In this document: positions 29,234-39,189 of the stretch, piece after piece
Layout: each line of letters starts with the position of its first letter
Position numbering within the stretch: position 1 is the stretch's first letter
NCBI GenBank assembly: GCA_963756875.1
Contig: CAVWPA010000001.1
Span: 384,001-448,000 of the forward strand
DNA: 64,000 nt
Source of the DNA: an uncultured Verrucomicrobiae bacterium
GTDB lineage: Bacteria; Verrucomicrobiota; Verrucomicrobiia; Chthoniobacterales; UBA10450
Reading direction: 5' to 3'
Program-made: the position numbers and the translations under genes
Notes under the pieces: generated by a model
The model's input: only the letters and a program-made list of their open reading frames with translations
Told to the model about the DNA's origin: nothing
The model's database searches: none

Positions 29234-30163
29234 TCAGCCACGGTCGGGAACGGCAGCAACGGCCTCGGCTTCCTGGCGATCTTTCGTGCGGCGAAAAATC
29301 ATCCAGATGCCGATGAGAACAAAGCCGGTGCCAAACAACGACCAAACGGGAAATTTCTCACCACCAACGAGCCAGCCGAGCATGATCGCACCGGGCGGAG
29401 TGATGAGCGCGATGGTTTGGAGATTTGTGACGGACATGCGCGGCAACAGCCAGTAAAGGAGAAGGAACGTGAGCGCGGAGCCGACGATTGCGAGGTAGAA
29501 CAGGCAAAAAATGGACATCCCGGTCCAGTGGAAGCGAACAGGACTTCCATCGACAAGCAATCCAAGAACCAGCAACGGAGCGATGCCGAAAATCATTTGC
29601 CAGGCGGCGAGCATCGCCGGGGCGAGTTGGATTCGCCGCGCCTTGATAAGCACGTTTGAGAAGGCGGCGCTTGCCGCGCCAAAAACAATTCCTAGGCCGC
29701 CCCAGAATGCGAGCGGTCCTCCAAAATTGAGCAAACGAGCACAAATAACGGCTACGCCGCCCAGCGCGACGAGTCCCCCCGCAAACTTTTGTAATCGCAA
29801 TGGCTCCTCGGGTAGCATCCAATGCGCGAAAAACATTCCAAACATCGGGATTGTTGCCTGTAACACTGCGGCCAAGCCGGAGGAAACGTGAAGCTCGGCC
29901 CAAAAAAGAAGCGGGTAGTTCAGCGCGAACATCAGCACGCCGGTCAAAGCCAGAACGGCATAATCCGAACGACGCAAGGGCAATAGCCGGACACGGCCGA
30001 TCGATACGCCAAGAAGCACCACGATCGCGATGACGAACCGCATCGCAACGAACGAGATCGGCGGCAGGTCACGCAGACCCACTTTGATGGCGAGCCACGT
30101 AGAGCTCCAGACCACGCAAAGCGTGATCCACGCGGTTGCGATGCGCCAGGTTGTTCTTCTCAT
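29234..30163 (-). CDS. EamA/DMT family transporter
   Basis: About 10 TM segments, WSSTWLAIK motif. Confidence 0.9.
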   Translation of the reverse strand: MRRTTWRIATAWITLCVVWSSTWLAIKVGLRDLPPISFVAMRFVIAIVVLLGVSIGRVRLLPLRRSDYAVLALTGVLMFALNYPLLFWAELHVSSGLAAVLQATIPMFGMFFAHWMLPEEPLRLQKFAGGLVALGGVAVICARLLNFGGPLAFWGGLGIVFGAASAAFSNVLIKARRIQLAPAMLAAWQMIFGIAPLLVLGLLVDGSPVRFHWTGMSIFCLFYLAIVGSALTFLLLYWLLPRMSVTNLQTIALITPPGAIMLGWLVGGEKFPVWSLFGTGFVLIGIWMIFRRTKDRQEAEAVAAVPDRG

Positions 30164-30271
30164 TTTATCGCGAAACTCGCCCGGGCGCACCCCTTCGTAA
30201 AGGTGCCACTGTTTTTTAGCGGAAAAGGAACGAGTTTGTTGTTTTCCCGAATCCGTCAATAATACTATGCC

Positions 30272-30559
30272 ATGAAAGTAAACGTGATCGTAAAGCCGAA
30301 AGAAGCGGTGCTCGATCCGCAGGGTAACGCAGTGCGCGATGCGATGCGGCACCTTGGCGTGCCGGAGGTGCGTAATGTACAAATTGGCAAATACATGGAG
30401 ATCGATGTCGATGGAGAAAGCGCCGATCTCGAAAAAAGGCTGCACGGCCTTTGCCGGGATCTGCTTTCGAATCCGGTAATTGAAGATTACGAATTGCAAA
30501 AGACGAGTGCCAGAGCTGCGACGGAAAAGGGAAAGGCGGGAATCAAAAAGAAGAAATGA
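30272..30559 (+). CDS. purS: FGAM synthase subunit PurS
   Basis: VLDPQG, LLSNPVIEDY. Confidence 0.96.
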   Translation: MKVNVIVKPKEAVLDPQGNAVRDAMRHLGVPEVRNVQIGKYMEIDVDGESADLEKRLHGLCRDLLSNPVIEDYELQKTSARAATEKGKAGIKKKK

Positions 30560-30750
30560 AAGCATTGCGATACTTTTTCTGCGTGGTGTTGCCGCCGGTC
30601 GCGGTGTTGCTGACCGGACGCGTTGGGAGTTTTTTTCTCAGTATCCTGTTAACCTTGCTTGGCTGGATACCGGGAGTCATTCATGCCTGCCTTGTAGTAA
30701 ACGACTATCATGAGGAGCAACGCGCGGCGCGCTATAAGGTGGCTCGTTAG
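30556..30750 (+). CDS. YqaE/Pmp3 family small membrane protein
   Basis: LPPVAV...LTLLGWIPGVIHA. Confidence 0.9.
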   Translation: MKALRYFFCVVLPPVAVLLTGRVGSFFLSILLTLLGWIPGVIHACLVVNDYHEEQRAARYKVAR

Positions 30751-30756
30751 ACCGGG

Positions 30757-31467
30757 ATGAAATTCGCCGTCATCCAGTTTCCTGGTTCGAATTGCGACCA
30801 GGATTGCATTGCCGGAATTAACAGTATGGAGGGACTTGAGGCCGAGTACGTCTGGCACAAGGAGACATCGCTGAATAATTACGATGCGATCGTTTTGCCA
30901 GGTGGCTTTTCTTACGGCGATTACTTGCGCTGTGGTGCGATCGCACGTTTCTCTCCGGTCATGCGTGCGCTGGTAAACGATGCGCACGACGGCAAGCTCG
31001 TCCTCGGCACGTGTAATGGGTTTCAGATACTCTGCGAGGCTGGGCTTCTGCCCGGCGCGCTCGTCCGCAACCGGTCGCTCCGGTTTGTCTGCGACATGGT
31101 GACAATGCGGGTAGAGGTGCCCGATTCTCTTTTCACCCACGGCTGTCCCGAGGGAACCCTGCTCCGAATGCCGGTCGCACACGGCGAAGGCTGCTATTTC
31201 GCCGATGAAAGGACGTTGCGCGAACTCAATGAACGTCGCCAAGTCATCCTGCATTATGCCGATCAACAGGGGCGTGTTGTTCCTGAAGCGAACCCGAACG
31301 GCTCGATTGAAAATATCGCGGGTATTTGCAATCGGGCAGGGAATGTCTTCGGTTTGATGCCGCATCCCGACCGCGCTTGTGATGCGCGGCTTGGAAGCGC
31401 CGATGGCGCAAGAATTTTCCGGTCGATGATACAAACGATCGAAGCCCAGCGCGCCGTGGCTGCATAG
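30757..31467 (+). CDS. purQ: FGAM synthase subunit PurQ
   Basis: [23 protein letters not shown]; note MPHPDR rather than the usual HPE. Confidence 0.96.
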   Translation: MKFAVIQFPGSNCDQDCIAGINSMEGLEAEYVWHKETSLNNYDAIVLPGGFSYGDYLRCGAIARFSPVMRALVNDAHDGKLVLGTCNGFQILCEAGLLPGALVRNRSLRFVCDMVTMRVEVPDSLFTHGCPEGTLLRMPVAHGEGCYFADERTLRELNERRQVILHYADQQGRVVPEANPNGSIENIAGICNRAGNVFGLMPHPDRACDARLGSADGARIFRSMIQTIEAQRAVAA

Positions 31468-31478
31468 TCGACAGCCAC

Positions 31479-32141
31479 GTGAGCTTATTCGTAACCGGCA
31501 CAGATACGGGCGTGGGCAAAACGCACACGGTCGTTCAACTGTTGCGTTTGTTGCGGGCCGCAGGGAGATCCTGCGCCGGGTTCAAGCCCATTTGCTGCGG
31601 TGACCGACACGACGCAGAGCTTCTACTGGCGGTGAGCACGGAAGGTCTGACGATTGACCAAATTAATCCGCTGTGGTTGAAGACGCCGGCGGCGCCATTG
31701 ACGGCATCGAGGGTCGAAGGAATCGAGATCGACATTGAACCGCTGCTATCCGCGTTTATGGCTCTGCAAAAAGAGGTCGAACATGTTTTTGTCGAAGGCG
31801 TAGGGGGCTGGATGGTGCCGATCCGTGCCAATTATTTCGTGAGCGACCTTGCCGCCGAGATGAAACTACCGGTCGTGGTGGTGGCTCAGAATCGCCTCGG
31901 TTGTCTCAATCACACCGCATTGACAGTGCGTAGTGTGGCGGCCCATGGATTGAAGTGCGGGGGCGTCGTTCTGAATTCGCTCCCAGGACCGGACGACGTT
32001 GCTGTCACAACGAATGCTGAGATTTTGCGGCAGATTCTCGATCCTCCGCTTTTAAATGGATTGACGGGAAATATGCCGGAATTGCCGAGGCAATGGCAGG
32101 AACTGCTCGGGTTGAGCAAGGGCCCATACGTGTCTACGTGA
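31479..32141 (+). CDS. bioD: Dethiobiotin synthase
   Basis: [24 protein letters not shown]. Confidence 0.95.
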   Translation: MSLFVTGTDTGVGKTHTVVQLLRLLRAAGRSCAGFKPICCGDRHDAELLLAVSTEGLTIDQINPLWLKTPAAPLTASRVEGIEIDIEPLLSAFMALQKEVEHVFVEGVGGWMVPIRANYFVSDLAAEMKLPVVVVAQNRLGCLNHTALTVRSVAAHGLKCGGVVLNSLPGPDDVAVTTNAEILRQILDPPLLNGLTGNMPELPRQWQELLGLSKGPYVST

Positions 32142-32219
32142 TAGACACAGTGTAAATAAAAGTTACACGAAAGATGTCAGGACGGTGTCCCCAGGTCTTG
32201 CGTCGCGCTCTTTTTGTCC

Positions 32220-33386
32220 TTATTCGATGCGGACCGCGTGCGTTTTGTCCAATCTGAGGATTTGGCCGGGCCGCAGCGAAACGGTCACTTTTGGGTCGGC
32301 AATCTTTTTTCCGTCGAGTTGCACGCTTCCTTGCTTAATCAGCCGACTGGCCTCCGTCCGGGATTTCTTGGATCCAAACGCTGCCGAGTATGCGGCGACG
32401 ACAAGCGCGACCGCTTCGTCGGCGCGCGCCGCGAATTTCGGGAGCTCACTTTCGTCGAGGCGTTTCTCGCTGAATCTGGTGTTCCATTCGTCCAGCGTTT
32501 TGCGCGCGGCCTCGGTCGAGTGATAGGTCTGTACGACATCATACGCGAGTTGCTTTTTCGCTTCGAGTGGGTGCGCCTCTTTCGGCAACTCCCGGCCAAG
32601 GAGGAGCAGATAATATCGGGCCATTAGTTCATCCGAAATGCTCATTAACTTACCGAACATTTCAGTAGCCGGCTCGCTCACGCCGACAAAATTTCCGAGA
32701 CTTTTGCTCATTTTTTTTGACCCATCGAGGCCTTCGAGAATTGGAAGAAGGAAAACCACCTGCTGCGGCATTCCCTCTTCCTTCTGGAAATCGCGGCCGA
32801 CCAGAATATTGAAGAGTTGATCGGTCCCGCCCAGTTCCACATCGGCCTTTACCATGACCGAATCCCACCCCTGCATGATGGGATATTGAATTTCGTGCGC
32901 ACGAATCGCATGCTGCTTATCAATTCGGGCGCGAAAATCTTCGCGCTGGAGAAGTTGTTGCAACGTGACGCGGCTATTGAGGCGAATCACGTCCTCGAAA
33001 GACATGGTTCGAAACCAGTCGCCATTTAAAACCGTCTCAGTTCGCGTCGCATCGAGAACCTTGAACGCTTGCTCGCGGTAGCTTTCCGCGTTGGCCATGA
33101 CTTCTTTGTGGGTCAAGTGTGGCCGTGTCGCCGACCGCCCGCTCGGATCGCCAATCATCCCGGTAAAATCGCCGATAATAAGGACTGCATGGTGGCCGAG
33201 GTCCTGAAATTGGCGCAATTTTCGCAAAACAACCGTGTGACCAAGATGAATGTCGGGCGTCGTCGGATCGACGCCAAGTTTGACTCGCAACGGCCGGCCC
33301 AGCGCGAGCTTCTCACGCAGCTCGGCCTCGCTGATGATCTGCGCCGCCCCTCGCTTTAGAAGAGCCAGCGCTTCGTCTGGTTGCAT
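32220..33386 (-). CDS. tyrS: Tyrosine--tRNA ligase
   Basis: GVDPT..HLGH, GGTDQ, KMSKS, C-terminal S4 domain. Confidence 0.97.
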   Translation of the reverse strand: MQPDEALALLKRGAAQIISEAELREKLALGRPLRVKLGVDPTTPDIHLGHTVVLRKLRQFQDLGHHAVLIIGDFTGMIGDPSGRSATRPHLTHKEVMANAESYREQAFKVLDATRTETVLNGDWFRTMSFEDVIRLNSRVTLQQLLQREDFRARIDKQHAIRAHEIQYPIMQGWDSVMVKADVELGGTDQLFNILVGRDFQKEEGMPQQVVFLLPILEGLDGSKKMSKSLGNFVGVSEPATEMFGKLMSISDELMARYYLLLLGRELPKEAHPLEAKKQLAYDVVQTYHSTEAARKTLDEWNTRFSEKRLDESELPKFAARADEAVALVVAAYSAAFGSKKSRTEASRLIKQGSVQLDGKKIADPKVTVSLRPGQILRLDKTHAVRIE

Positions 33387-33617
33387 GGGGCCAATTGTAG
33401 TGGCCTCCATCCCCGGCGGCAAAGCTTTCCAAAGGTGATGATTGCAGTCTCAGCAGCAGGGGCATTTGAGGGCCTTTGATTCGCTTACCCCCAAAAACTC
33501 TCGCCATCACAGGCCCTCCCGTTTCATGTCGCTCGTGCCTGCGCGGCTCCATCCATACTGTGAACCCCGAAAGCTTTCGGGGCTGACACAGACGCTCTGC
33601 AATTGTTTTACGCGGCG

Positions 33618-34127
33618 TTACTTATTTTTGTTCAGTAACTCCCGCACCTGCTCGATCGTGAGCGGAGGATTCTTCCGGTTGAGCGATTTTTGGCTCTTAC
33701 CCTGGGCGAGAAACGGCCGTTGCCCGGCGAAATCGGAGCTGCTGGCCCTTTTTTGACTGCCGTGCGCGCTCCGCACGCCGGAAGCGGACGAAGTGGAAAA
33801 TGTTGCGGCAGAATCCGCTGAGCGCTCGCTCGAAGAAATATTCGTCCGATTCGCTTCGTGAAACGACCTGGAGCGGGCCTGCTTTGCCGAAAAATCCCGA
33901 GTCTCGGCGAAGCTGCTCTGTTTCGCCGTCTTCTCCACGTAAAATGTGGAGACGCTTGCGCGCTTATCGATGGATGCTCCGTCAGCGAGAAATTTCTTGT
34001 TTTGGGCGGTGTTCCGCAAGCTCATGTCTGGTCTGAGCAAACGATCGACGAGTGAGCGCTCCTGCGTCTGCGCATGTGCTGTCGCGAGCAGGCCAATCGC
34101 GAGGCAAACCGTTAAGAATCCACGCAC
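33618..34127 (-). CDS. Hypothetical secreted protein
   Basis: Signal peptide (AHA-Q); fits between tyrS and the SYLF gene. Confidence 0.7.
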   Translation of the reverse strand: MRGFLTVCLAIGLLATAHAQTQERSLVDRLLRPDMSLRNTAQNKKFLADGASIDKRASVSTFYVEKTAKQSSFAETRDFSAKQARSRSFHEANRTNISSSERSADSAATFSTSSASGVRSAHGSQKRASSSDFAGQRPFLAQGKSQKSLNRKNPPLTIEQVRELLNKNK

Positions 34128-34191
34128 GGCATGAGGCTGCCTGAGCGCCTCCTGCTTTGTAAAGTAAATTGTCTTTTGGAAACTAACCTGG

Positions 34192-34839
34192 CTAGCGACC
34201 GGCTACGGCCGCCCGAAGGCGAGCTGCGCCTCTGGGTGCCGCCACTCGTCCATGAAGGATATCAAAGGCTCTCACTGGTCGGCCATAATAGCGCGCGTTT
34301 GCTTCCTTGCGCGTCCCGATCACTGCTCCCTCAAGGGAGGCTCCGGCAAAGAGTCCTTTGCTTCTGCTATAAGTGTAGATGGCTGCTGTCGGGGTGATTC
34401 CAGCTTCCCCGGTTCGTCCCACCGGGCCGGCTGCCACGCTCAAATCGCCGCCGAGCGTGATGTTTCCACCGCGGGAGAAAGCGCGCACCGCAGCATCATT
34501 ATTGAGCACAATCACGAAATCAGTCACTTCAGCGCCGATCTGGAAGCCCCAACCGGCGCCGGCCGTGCCAATGAATGATGGGCCGGACCAGCCATGTCGC
34601 GTCCGTGCAATCATAACGCCTTGGCCACCCTTGCCGCTAAAGATAAAGCCAGCCTTCACTACGGTCAGAATAGCGAGGCCTTTGGCGTGCCGGATAATGG
34701 CGGGCGGGAGACGCTTTTCCGGCATGTGCCGGAACTCGCGGATGGTGGTTGTGCAGTGATTGACGATGCCCTGCTCGCTTGCGCCGGCTGCGGCTGTTCC
34801 CACAGCGAGAACAGCAAAGATTGAGAACAATTTTTTCAT
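34192..34839 (-). CDS. Lipid-binding SYLF/YSC84 domain protein
   Basis: KAGFIFSG, GWSGP, AAGPVGR, SKGLFAG. Confidence 0.92.
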   Translation of the reverse strand: MKKLFSIFAVLAVGTAAAGASEQGIVNHCTTTIREFRHMPEKRLPPAIIRHAKGLAILTVVKAGFIFSGKGGQGVMIARTRHGWSGPSFIGTAGAGWGFQIGAEVTDFVIVLNNDAAVRAFSRGGNITLGGDLSVAAGPVGRTGEAGITPTAAIYTYSRSKGLFAGASLEGAVIGTRKEANARYYGRPVRAFDILHGRVAAPRGAARLRAAVAGR

Positions 34840-34896
34840 TTTGGTTTATAAGTAATTCGCATCACCAGGCTGCGTGGATGTATTTGGTGACCAAAG

Positions 34897-35385
34897 ATGT
34901 CGATTTACGATCAATTAGTCGGGCAACATGACGAGTTATTCATGCGTGAAGCGCTGCGCCAGGCTCAAAAAGCTTATGCCGCGGGCGAGGTTCCAGTTGG
35001 TGCAGTTGTGGCTCGCGACGGGAAGGTGATCGCGCGCGCTTACAATCAGGTGGAGCTGCTCAAAGACGCGACGGCGCACGCGGAAATGCTGGCATTGACG
35101 CAAGCGGAAGAGGCGGTCGGCGACTGGCGTCTGGTGGATTGCGATTTGTATGTAACGAAGGAACCGTGCGCGATGTGTGCCGGTGCGCTGGTGCATGTGC
35201 GAATGCGCCGTGTCATTTTCGGCTGCGCGGATGTGCGTGCCGGGGCCGCCGGAAGCGTGTTGAATCTACTTCAATATCCCGCGTTCAACCACCGTTGCGA
35301 GATTACCTCCGGGGTCCTTCAGGACGAGTGCGCACCGATTCTCCAGGAATTCTTTCGGAAGCGGCGGGAAGACGGAACCGCGTAA
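34897..35385 (+). CDS. tadA: tRNA adenosine(34) deaminase
   Basis: EVPVGAV, TAHAE, EPCAMC. Confidence 0.93.
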   Translation: MSIYDQLVGQHDELFMREALRQAQKAYAAGEVPVGAVVARDGKVIARAYNQVELLKDATAHAEMLALTQAEEAVGDWRLVDCDLYVTKEPCAMCAGALVHVRMRRVIFGCADVRAGAAGSVLNLLQYPAFNHRCEITSGVLQDECAPILQEFFRKRREDGTA

Positions 35386-35452
35386 AAGGCTGCGCCTCAC
35401 GCGGTCAGTATCGGGAACAGCATCGCCACGTGAAGCCGGAAGGCTTTTTACG

Positions 35453-35474
35453 TGGCTGCCTCGCAGGACTCGAA
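35453..35474 (-). repeat. att-like displaced copy of the tRNA-Gln 3' end (left island boundary)
   Basis: tggctgcctcgc-aggactcgaa matches 43154-43176 tggctgcctcgctaggactcgaa with one gap, same orientation. Confidence 0.9.
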
Positions 35475-35572
35475 GGTGGCTCAAAAATCCCGATTTCCCT
35501 CGTATAATCGAGGCTTGGAAACTCAGTTACGCAAATACGCACACAACGATTGGTGGCAGATGACCAGGCAGC

Positions 35573-35764
35573 TTAAAAGGGAATTTCATCATCTTCTTCA
35601 ACCGTTTCCGGGGAAGCGCTTTTGGCGGATTCAGTGGATTCTTCGCAATGTTCGATGGCCGCTTTGTGAAGCTGTTCAAGCTTTGCCCGCTCAACTGACT
35701 CCCCAGCCACTTTGTAGCATCTGGAAATTTCAGAAGGATGTCTCCAGCAATTGTTAATAATCAA
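35573..35764 (-). pseudogene. Gene remnant ending in an SSB-type acidic tail (EEDDEIPF*)
   Basis: C-terminal DDEIPF; no convincing start. Confidence 0.45.
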
Positions 35765-35851
35765 TCCAGCAAAAGATCAGGGCAGTCTTAGGCTATCTTT
35801 GTAAATCTGCCTTGACATAAACGTGGCCCATTTGAAACACTGCTCTCGCGC

Positions 35852-35947
35852 CAAGTCCGTTAGGCGTCTCCAGACAAGGACCTGACCCTCTTTCCGCAGG
35901 GTAATCGCGAACGATAGGCTCGTTCGCCAAGAATCGAAATTAATATG
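35852..35947 (+). promoter_or_regulatory. Conserved upstream module, copy 1
   Basis: Ungapped match to 37556-37651, including 24 identical nt cctgaccctctttccgcagggtaa; ATG 40 nt after GGTAA. Confidence 0.85.
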
Positions 35948-36148
35948 AAAATGACCTCACTCAAAAACACCGCACTCGTTCTTCTCGCCATCGTGGGTGC
36001 ATCTATCGGAATCATTGCCTATACGTTTGCAGATGAACCGTATCCCTTGACTACCCCCTGCACCGTCGGGACAACGACTGTGTATCAAGGGCATACTTGG
36101 AAGTGCGATCAATGTGGCTCGGAAACTTGCTGGATCATGCAGCCCTAG
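35945..36148 (+). CDS. Small secreted 4-Cys peptide
   Basis: Signal-like N-terminus, mature part with C...CDQC...C; followed by a hairpin at 36149-36182. Confidence 0.7.
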   Translation: MKMTSLKNTALVLLAIVGASIGIIAYTFADEPYPLTTPCTVGTTTVYQGHTWKCDQCGSETCWIMQP

Positions 36149-36217
36149 TCAACGCCGGGTGACCTGAGGTCGCGTGCGTTGAGAAGGATTATCTAGCGAG
36201 TAGGAGCAAGGGTCTAG

Positions 36218-36388
36218 GTGAATGATTTGCTTTTCGAAATCGTTGCCCTCACGCTTGGCAGCTTAGCGGCCCGGATACGGCCTGATGAGGTCCCGAGCCA
36301 AGACCAGTCTCCTGCTAGTCAGAAGAGACGCGCATGGGGGTTTTTCCACCCGAAAATAATCTTGCAATCGCCTCTTTGTGCAGGGTAA
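36218..36388 (+). CDS. Possible 56-aa ORF or gene fragment (MNDLLFEIVALTLG...)
   Basis: AGGAG upstream of GTG 36218; its stop is the TAA inside module copy 2. Confidence 0.35.
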   Translation: MNDLLFEIVALTLGSLAARIRPDEVPSQDQSPASQKRRAWGFFHPKIILQSPLCAG

Positions 36389-36431
36389 CTCCGAACGAGT
36401 AGACTTGTTAACCAAGGATCAATTAATAATG
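36371..36431 (+). promoter_or_regulatory. Conserved upstream module, copy 2
   Basis: cctctttgtgcagggtaa + GAACGA..TTGTT..CAAG; ATG 40 nt after GGTAA. Confidence 0.8.
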
Positions 36432-36878
36432 AAAATAATGCCAACAGTATTCACTCTAACCGCTGCGACGAGTTTCTTTACGCTACTCGCACCCATGCAG
36501 GCCCAACAGAAAAAACGCGATTACCAAGACGGCATTGGATTTTTGAAAGGTCGATGGAATGCGAGGGAAATTGTCCATTATCCACTACTAATCTCAGGAG
36601 CCGGAACGTTTGATGGTTCAAATTTTCACGCTGTCATCACAATCAAAAACAAAGTAATCGTGATTAACGTTGTTCAGAACGAAGAGGCTTCGAACAAGAA
36701 TACGTTTTATGGGAAGATCAATGGAAATGATTTAGATTCGATTAAGTGGACATTTCCCGATGGGGCGGCGGCGGAGGTGTATATAACCCCGGATCATGAG
36801 CACGTTCATATTTACATGCCTTTAAGTTATGAAGGGCGCAGAGAACCTCACGCCCAAGAAATTATACTTTCACGGTAA
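36429..36878 (+). CDS. Hypothetical secreted beta-rich protein
   Basis: Signal peptide (MQA-Q), LKGRWN GxW motif. Confidence 0.75.
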   Translation: MKIMPTVFTLTAATSFFTLLAPMQAQQKKRDYQDGIGFLKGRWNAREIVHYPLLISGAGTFDGSNFHAVITIKNKVIVINVVQNEEASNKNTFYGKINGNDLDSIKWTFPDGAAAEVYITPDHEHVHIYMPLSYEGRREPHAQEIILSR

Positions 36879-36968
36879 CACGGCACTCCCCACTGCAAAT
36901 GATGTGAAGGCCGATAACAGTCAAACTCAAACCAGCGCAGGATGGTCTATAATGAGAATAGACCTAAA

Positions 36969-37531
36969 ATGAAACCTTTTGCTCGCGCAATGTCGAAAGG
37001 GCTGCTTTCAATTTTGTGTTTGGTCGCGCTTATTTTGCTGGGCGCATTCGAGGCGCTCGACGCTCAGTCGATTAAAAATTCTGATCATCTCATTGTTCCG
37101 GGCAAGCGCATTGGCTCTGTCACGCTAGGAATGTCTGACCAAGCTTTGTTCAAACTCGGCGTCCCTGACGCGACGGGCGTGGTGGAAGTGGTTAAAAAAA
37201 CCCTAATATATCGTTACGGCGACTTTCTGGTGGTCGATGTCGATCAAGGGACACATAAAGTTGTGAGTATCGTTTTGTACCGTGATAGGTCTTGTACCAT
37301 ACGGCGGAAGGGGTGCGGATTGGCTCCAGTGTGATTGATATTGAAAAGGCGATGGGTCCGCCCGAGCAAGTCATGGCCAATCCCTTCAGAGGTAACGAGA
37401 CGGTGGGCCTGATATATGACTCCGGAAATCTCAAGTGTAGCTTCTTACCTGCGCACGGTCGTTACTCAGATCCTGCGCGAGACACAGTCCAGAGTATAGA
37501 GATGAAGGTGCCGAGCAAGGAAATATTCTAA
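36969..37531 (+). CDS. Hypothetical secreted protein, frameshift near 37290
   Basis: Signal peptide; IVPGKRIGSVTLGMS and YHTAEGVRIGSS halves lie in two adjacent ORFs. Confidence 0.7.
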
Positions 37532-37555
37532 CGTCTTCTAACAAGCGACGCACGG

Positions 37556-37651
37556 CAAGTCCGCAAGGCACCTCCACGGAAGCACCTGACCCTCTTTCCG
37601 CAGGGTAACCGTGAATGAATGGTTTGTTCCAACAAGCGAAAGTTGGTTATG
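37556..37651 (+). promoter_or_regulatory. Conserved upstream module, copy 3
   Basis: Colinear with copy 1; ATG at 37649 is 40 nt after GGTAA. Confidence 0.85.
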
Positions 37652-37758
37652 AAAAATAAATTAAGAGATTGATTAGGGGAATGTTGTGCATCTTAATCTT
37701 GGGGATGTGTCAGACGAAAATCGAAGCCAAATTCGAACCAGATTTCCCAACGAGGTAA
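37649..37758 (+). pseudogene. Signal-peptide-only remnant (MKNKLRD* / MLCILILGMCQTKIEA...*)
   Basis: Starts at the module ATG, frameshifted and truncated. Confidence 0.45.
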
Positions 37759-37772
37759 GATGACAAACACTT

Positions 37773-38180
37773 ATGAAAACTGAAATTGACACGTTCTATC
37801 TGGTATTCCTTTTGCTTATCGGCGGCGTATTCCCCGTGGGAGAGCTTGAAGCGCAATCTCCAACAGACCTTGCCAACATGAAACGCTTGGTTGGAAATTG
37901 GAACACCCAAGCCGATCGACCTCACAATGGGAAAGCCCACACGCTCATCACAATGGATGGACATGATCTTGTGGCGTATTTGGTATGGGATGCAGACAAT
38001 GTCCCGGCCAATGGCTTGAAGGGCGACACGATTTTACTTTACCGCTTTAGATTGCAAGGGCGGCGCATAGTCGGTCGTCGGGTTACTGGCGAGCCTCTAA
38101 CCGGCATCGTCAGTGAGAGCTTTAGACAAATCGATTGGGAGGTATCCAGAGCCAGGCACAACGCCTCAGAGTTATTTTGA
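37773..38180 (+). CDS. Hypothetical secreted protein
   Basis: Signal peptide (LEA-Q), LVGNWN GxW motif. Confidence 0.75.
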   Translation: MKTEIDTFYLVFLLLIGGVFPVGELEAQSPTDLANMKRLVGNWNTQADRPHNGKAHTLITMDGHDLVAYLVWDADNVPANGLKGDTILLYRFRLQGRRIVGRRVTGEPLTGIVSESFRQIDWEVSRARHNASELF

Positions 38181-38475
38181 CCAAACTCTACTCCGAGAAT
38201 AGACGCACCTCCGCCCCGAATTGTCTGAACAGGTAATCATAACCCTCACCTAAACTTCACTCGACGCTTTGCTCGCCCTCTGATGTCCAGTAAAAATTCG
38301 CGAATTTGGCGATTTGCCCAGGTAAATTGCATCGGATGTGAACGATTTTGATACGTAAAAAAATCGCTAAAATCCCAATTTTAAGTCTGTTGCGTCTCAA
38401 ATCACATAGAATGGCGAAAGCAATTGTCATTACGCTAAATATGATCGCTGTCGGTTGTTTTGCAGCTGAGCCGGG

Positions 38476-39189
38476 ATGAACTTCGTGATGAAACTCGGCA
38501 AACTCCATTGGTGGCCCACTTTTCTCTTTGTGGCTTTTCCGGTGATTATCTCCGCCGCGGCTGGGCCAGGCTCGTACCCACCGCCAGGTTTCGAAAAATC
38601 GGAGCAGGATGGCACCGTCGGGTCGCCCGACGGAACTTTGCTGGTTGAACAGTGGTGGAAGCAGGGTGGCGGTGACATGGGACAAAGCCTCTATCAAACG
38701 TGGATCGTCCCAAGAAATGGTAACCCTGTTCGTCTGCCCGAAGTAAAGTTAGGAAAAATAAAACAGATGCAAGCGATCGGCCTTGAAAACCAGGATGATT
38801 CAGGCTCGGTTGGATTTTCCTCTGACTTTCGTTTCTCGCCGGACGCACGATACCTCTTTCGAGAGCAAAAAATCGTGCACGGAGTTAACGGGGCGTACCT
38901 CTATCGACATCAAAGCGGTGCAATGTACGAAGTTCTCGTGGCAGATCTCTTCATTAAGGCGAGTAAGTTTTTTGCGCAGCAAACGCGGCTTAAGTGGGAC
39001 GACGGCACTGGAATCGTTGAATTCTCATCTTGGGAACCCAACGGCGGGTTGGCATTGCAACTTCGGGGCTACACCGCGGACCGGAAGTTCGGTGTCCAAG
39101 GCTGGCGGTGCATTTTTTACCCTACGACAGGCAAATTTGTCATCCCTCAAGCTTGGGCCGCTCAAAACAAAAACGCGATTAATCGGTAA
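38476..39189 (+). CDS. Hypothetical secreted protein with SPDG/FSPD propeller-like motifs
   Basis: Signal peptide; C-terminus paralogous to 41115-41270. Confidence 0.8.
   Translation: MNFVMKLGKLHWWPTFLFVAFPVIISAAAGPGSYPPPGFEKSEQDGTVGSPDGTLLVEQWWKQGGGDMGQSLYQTWIVPRNGNPVRLPEVKLGKIKQMQAIGLENQDDSGSVGFSSDFRFSPDARYLFREQKIVHGVNGAYLYRHQSGAMYEVLVADLFIKASKFFAQQTRLKWDDGTGIVEFSSWEPNGGLALQLRGYTADRKFGVQGWRCIFYPTTGKFVIPQAWAAQNKNAINR

Noticed and set aside
36282..36310. CTGATGA followed by a GGTC..GACC stem, like a hammerhead ribozyme core
   Set aside because: The required GAAA after stem II is missing (AGTC instead) and the segment lies in a plausible small ORF
35852..37651. CRISPR array from the repeated 24-mer
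   Set aside because: Copies are 0.5-1.2 kb apart, separated by genes, and there are no cas genes
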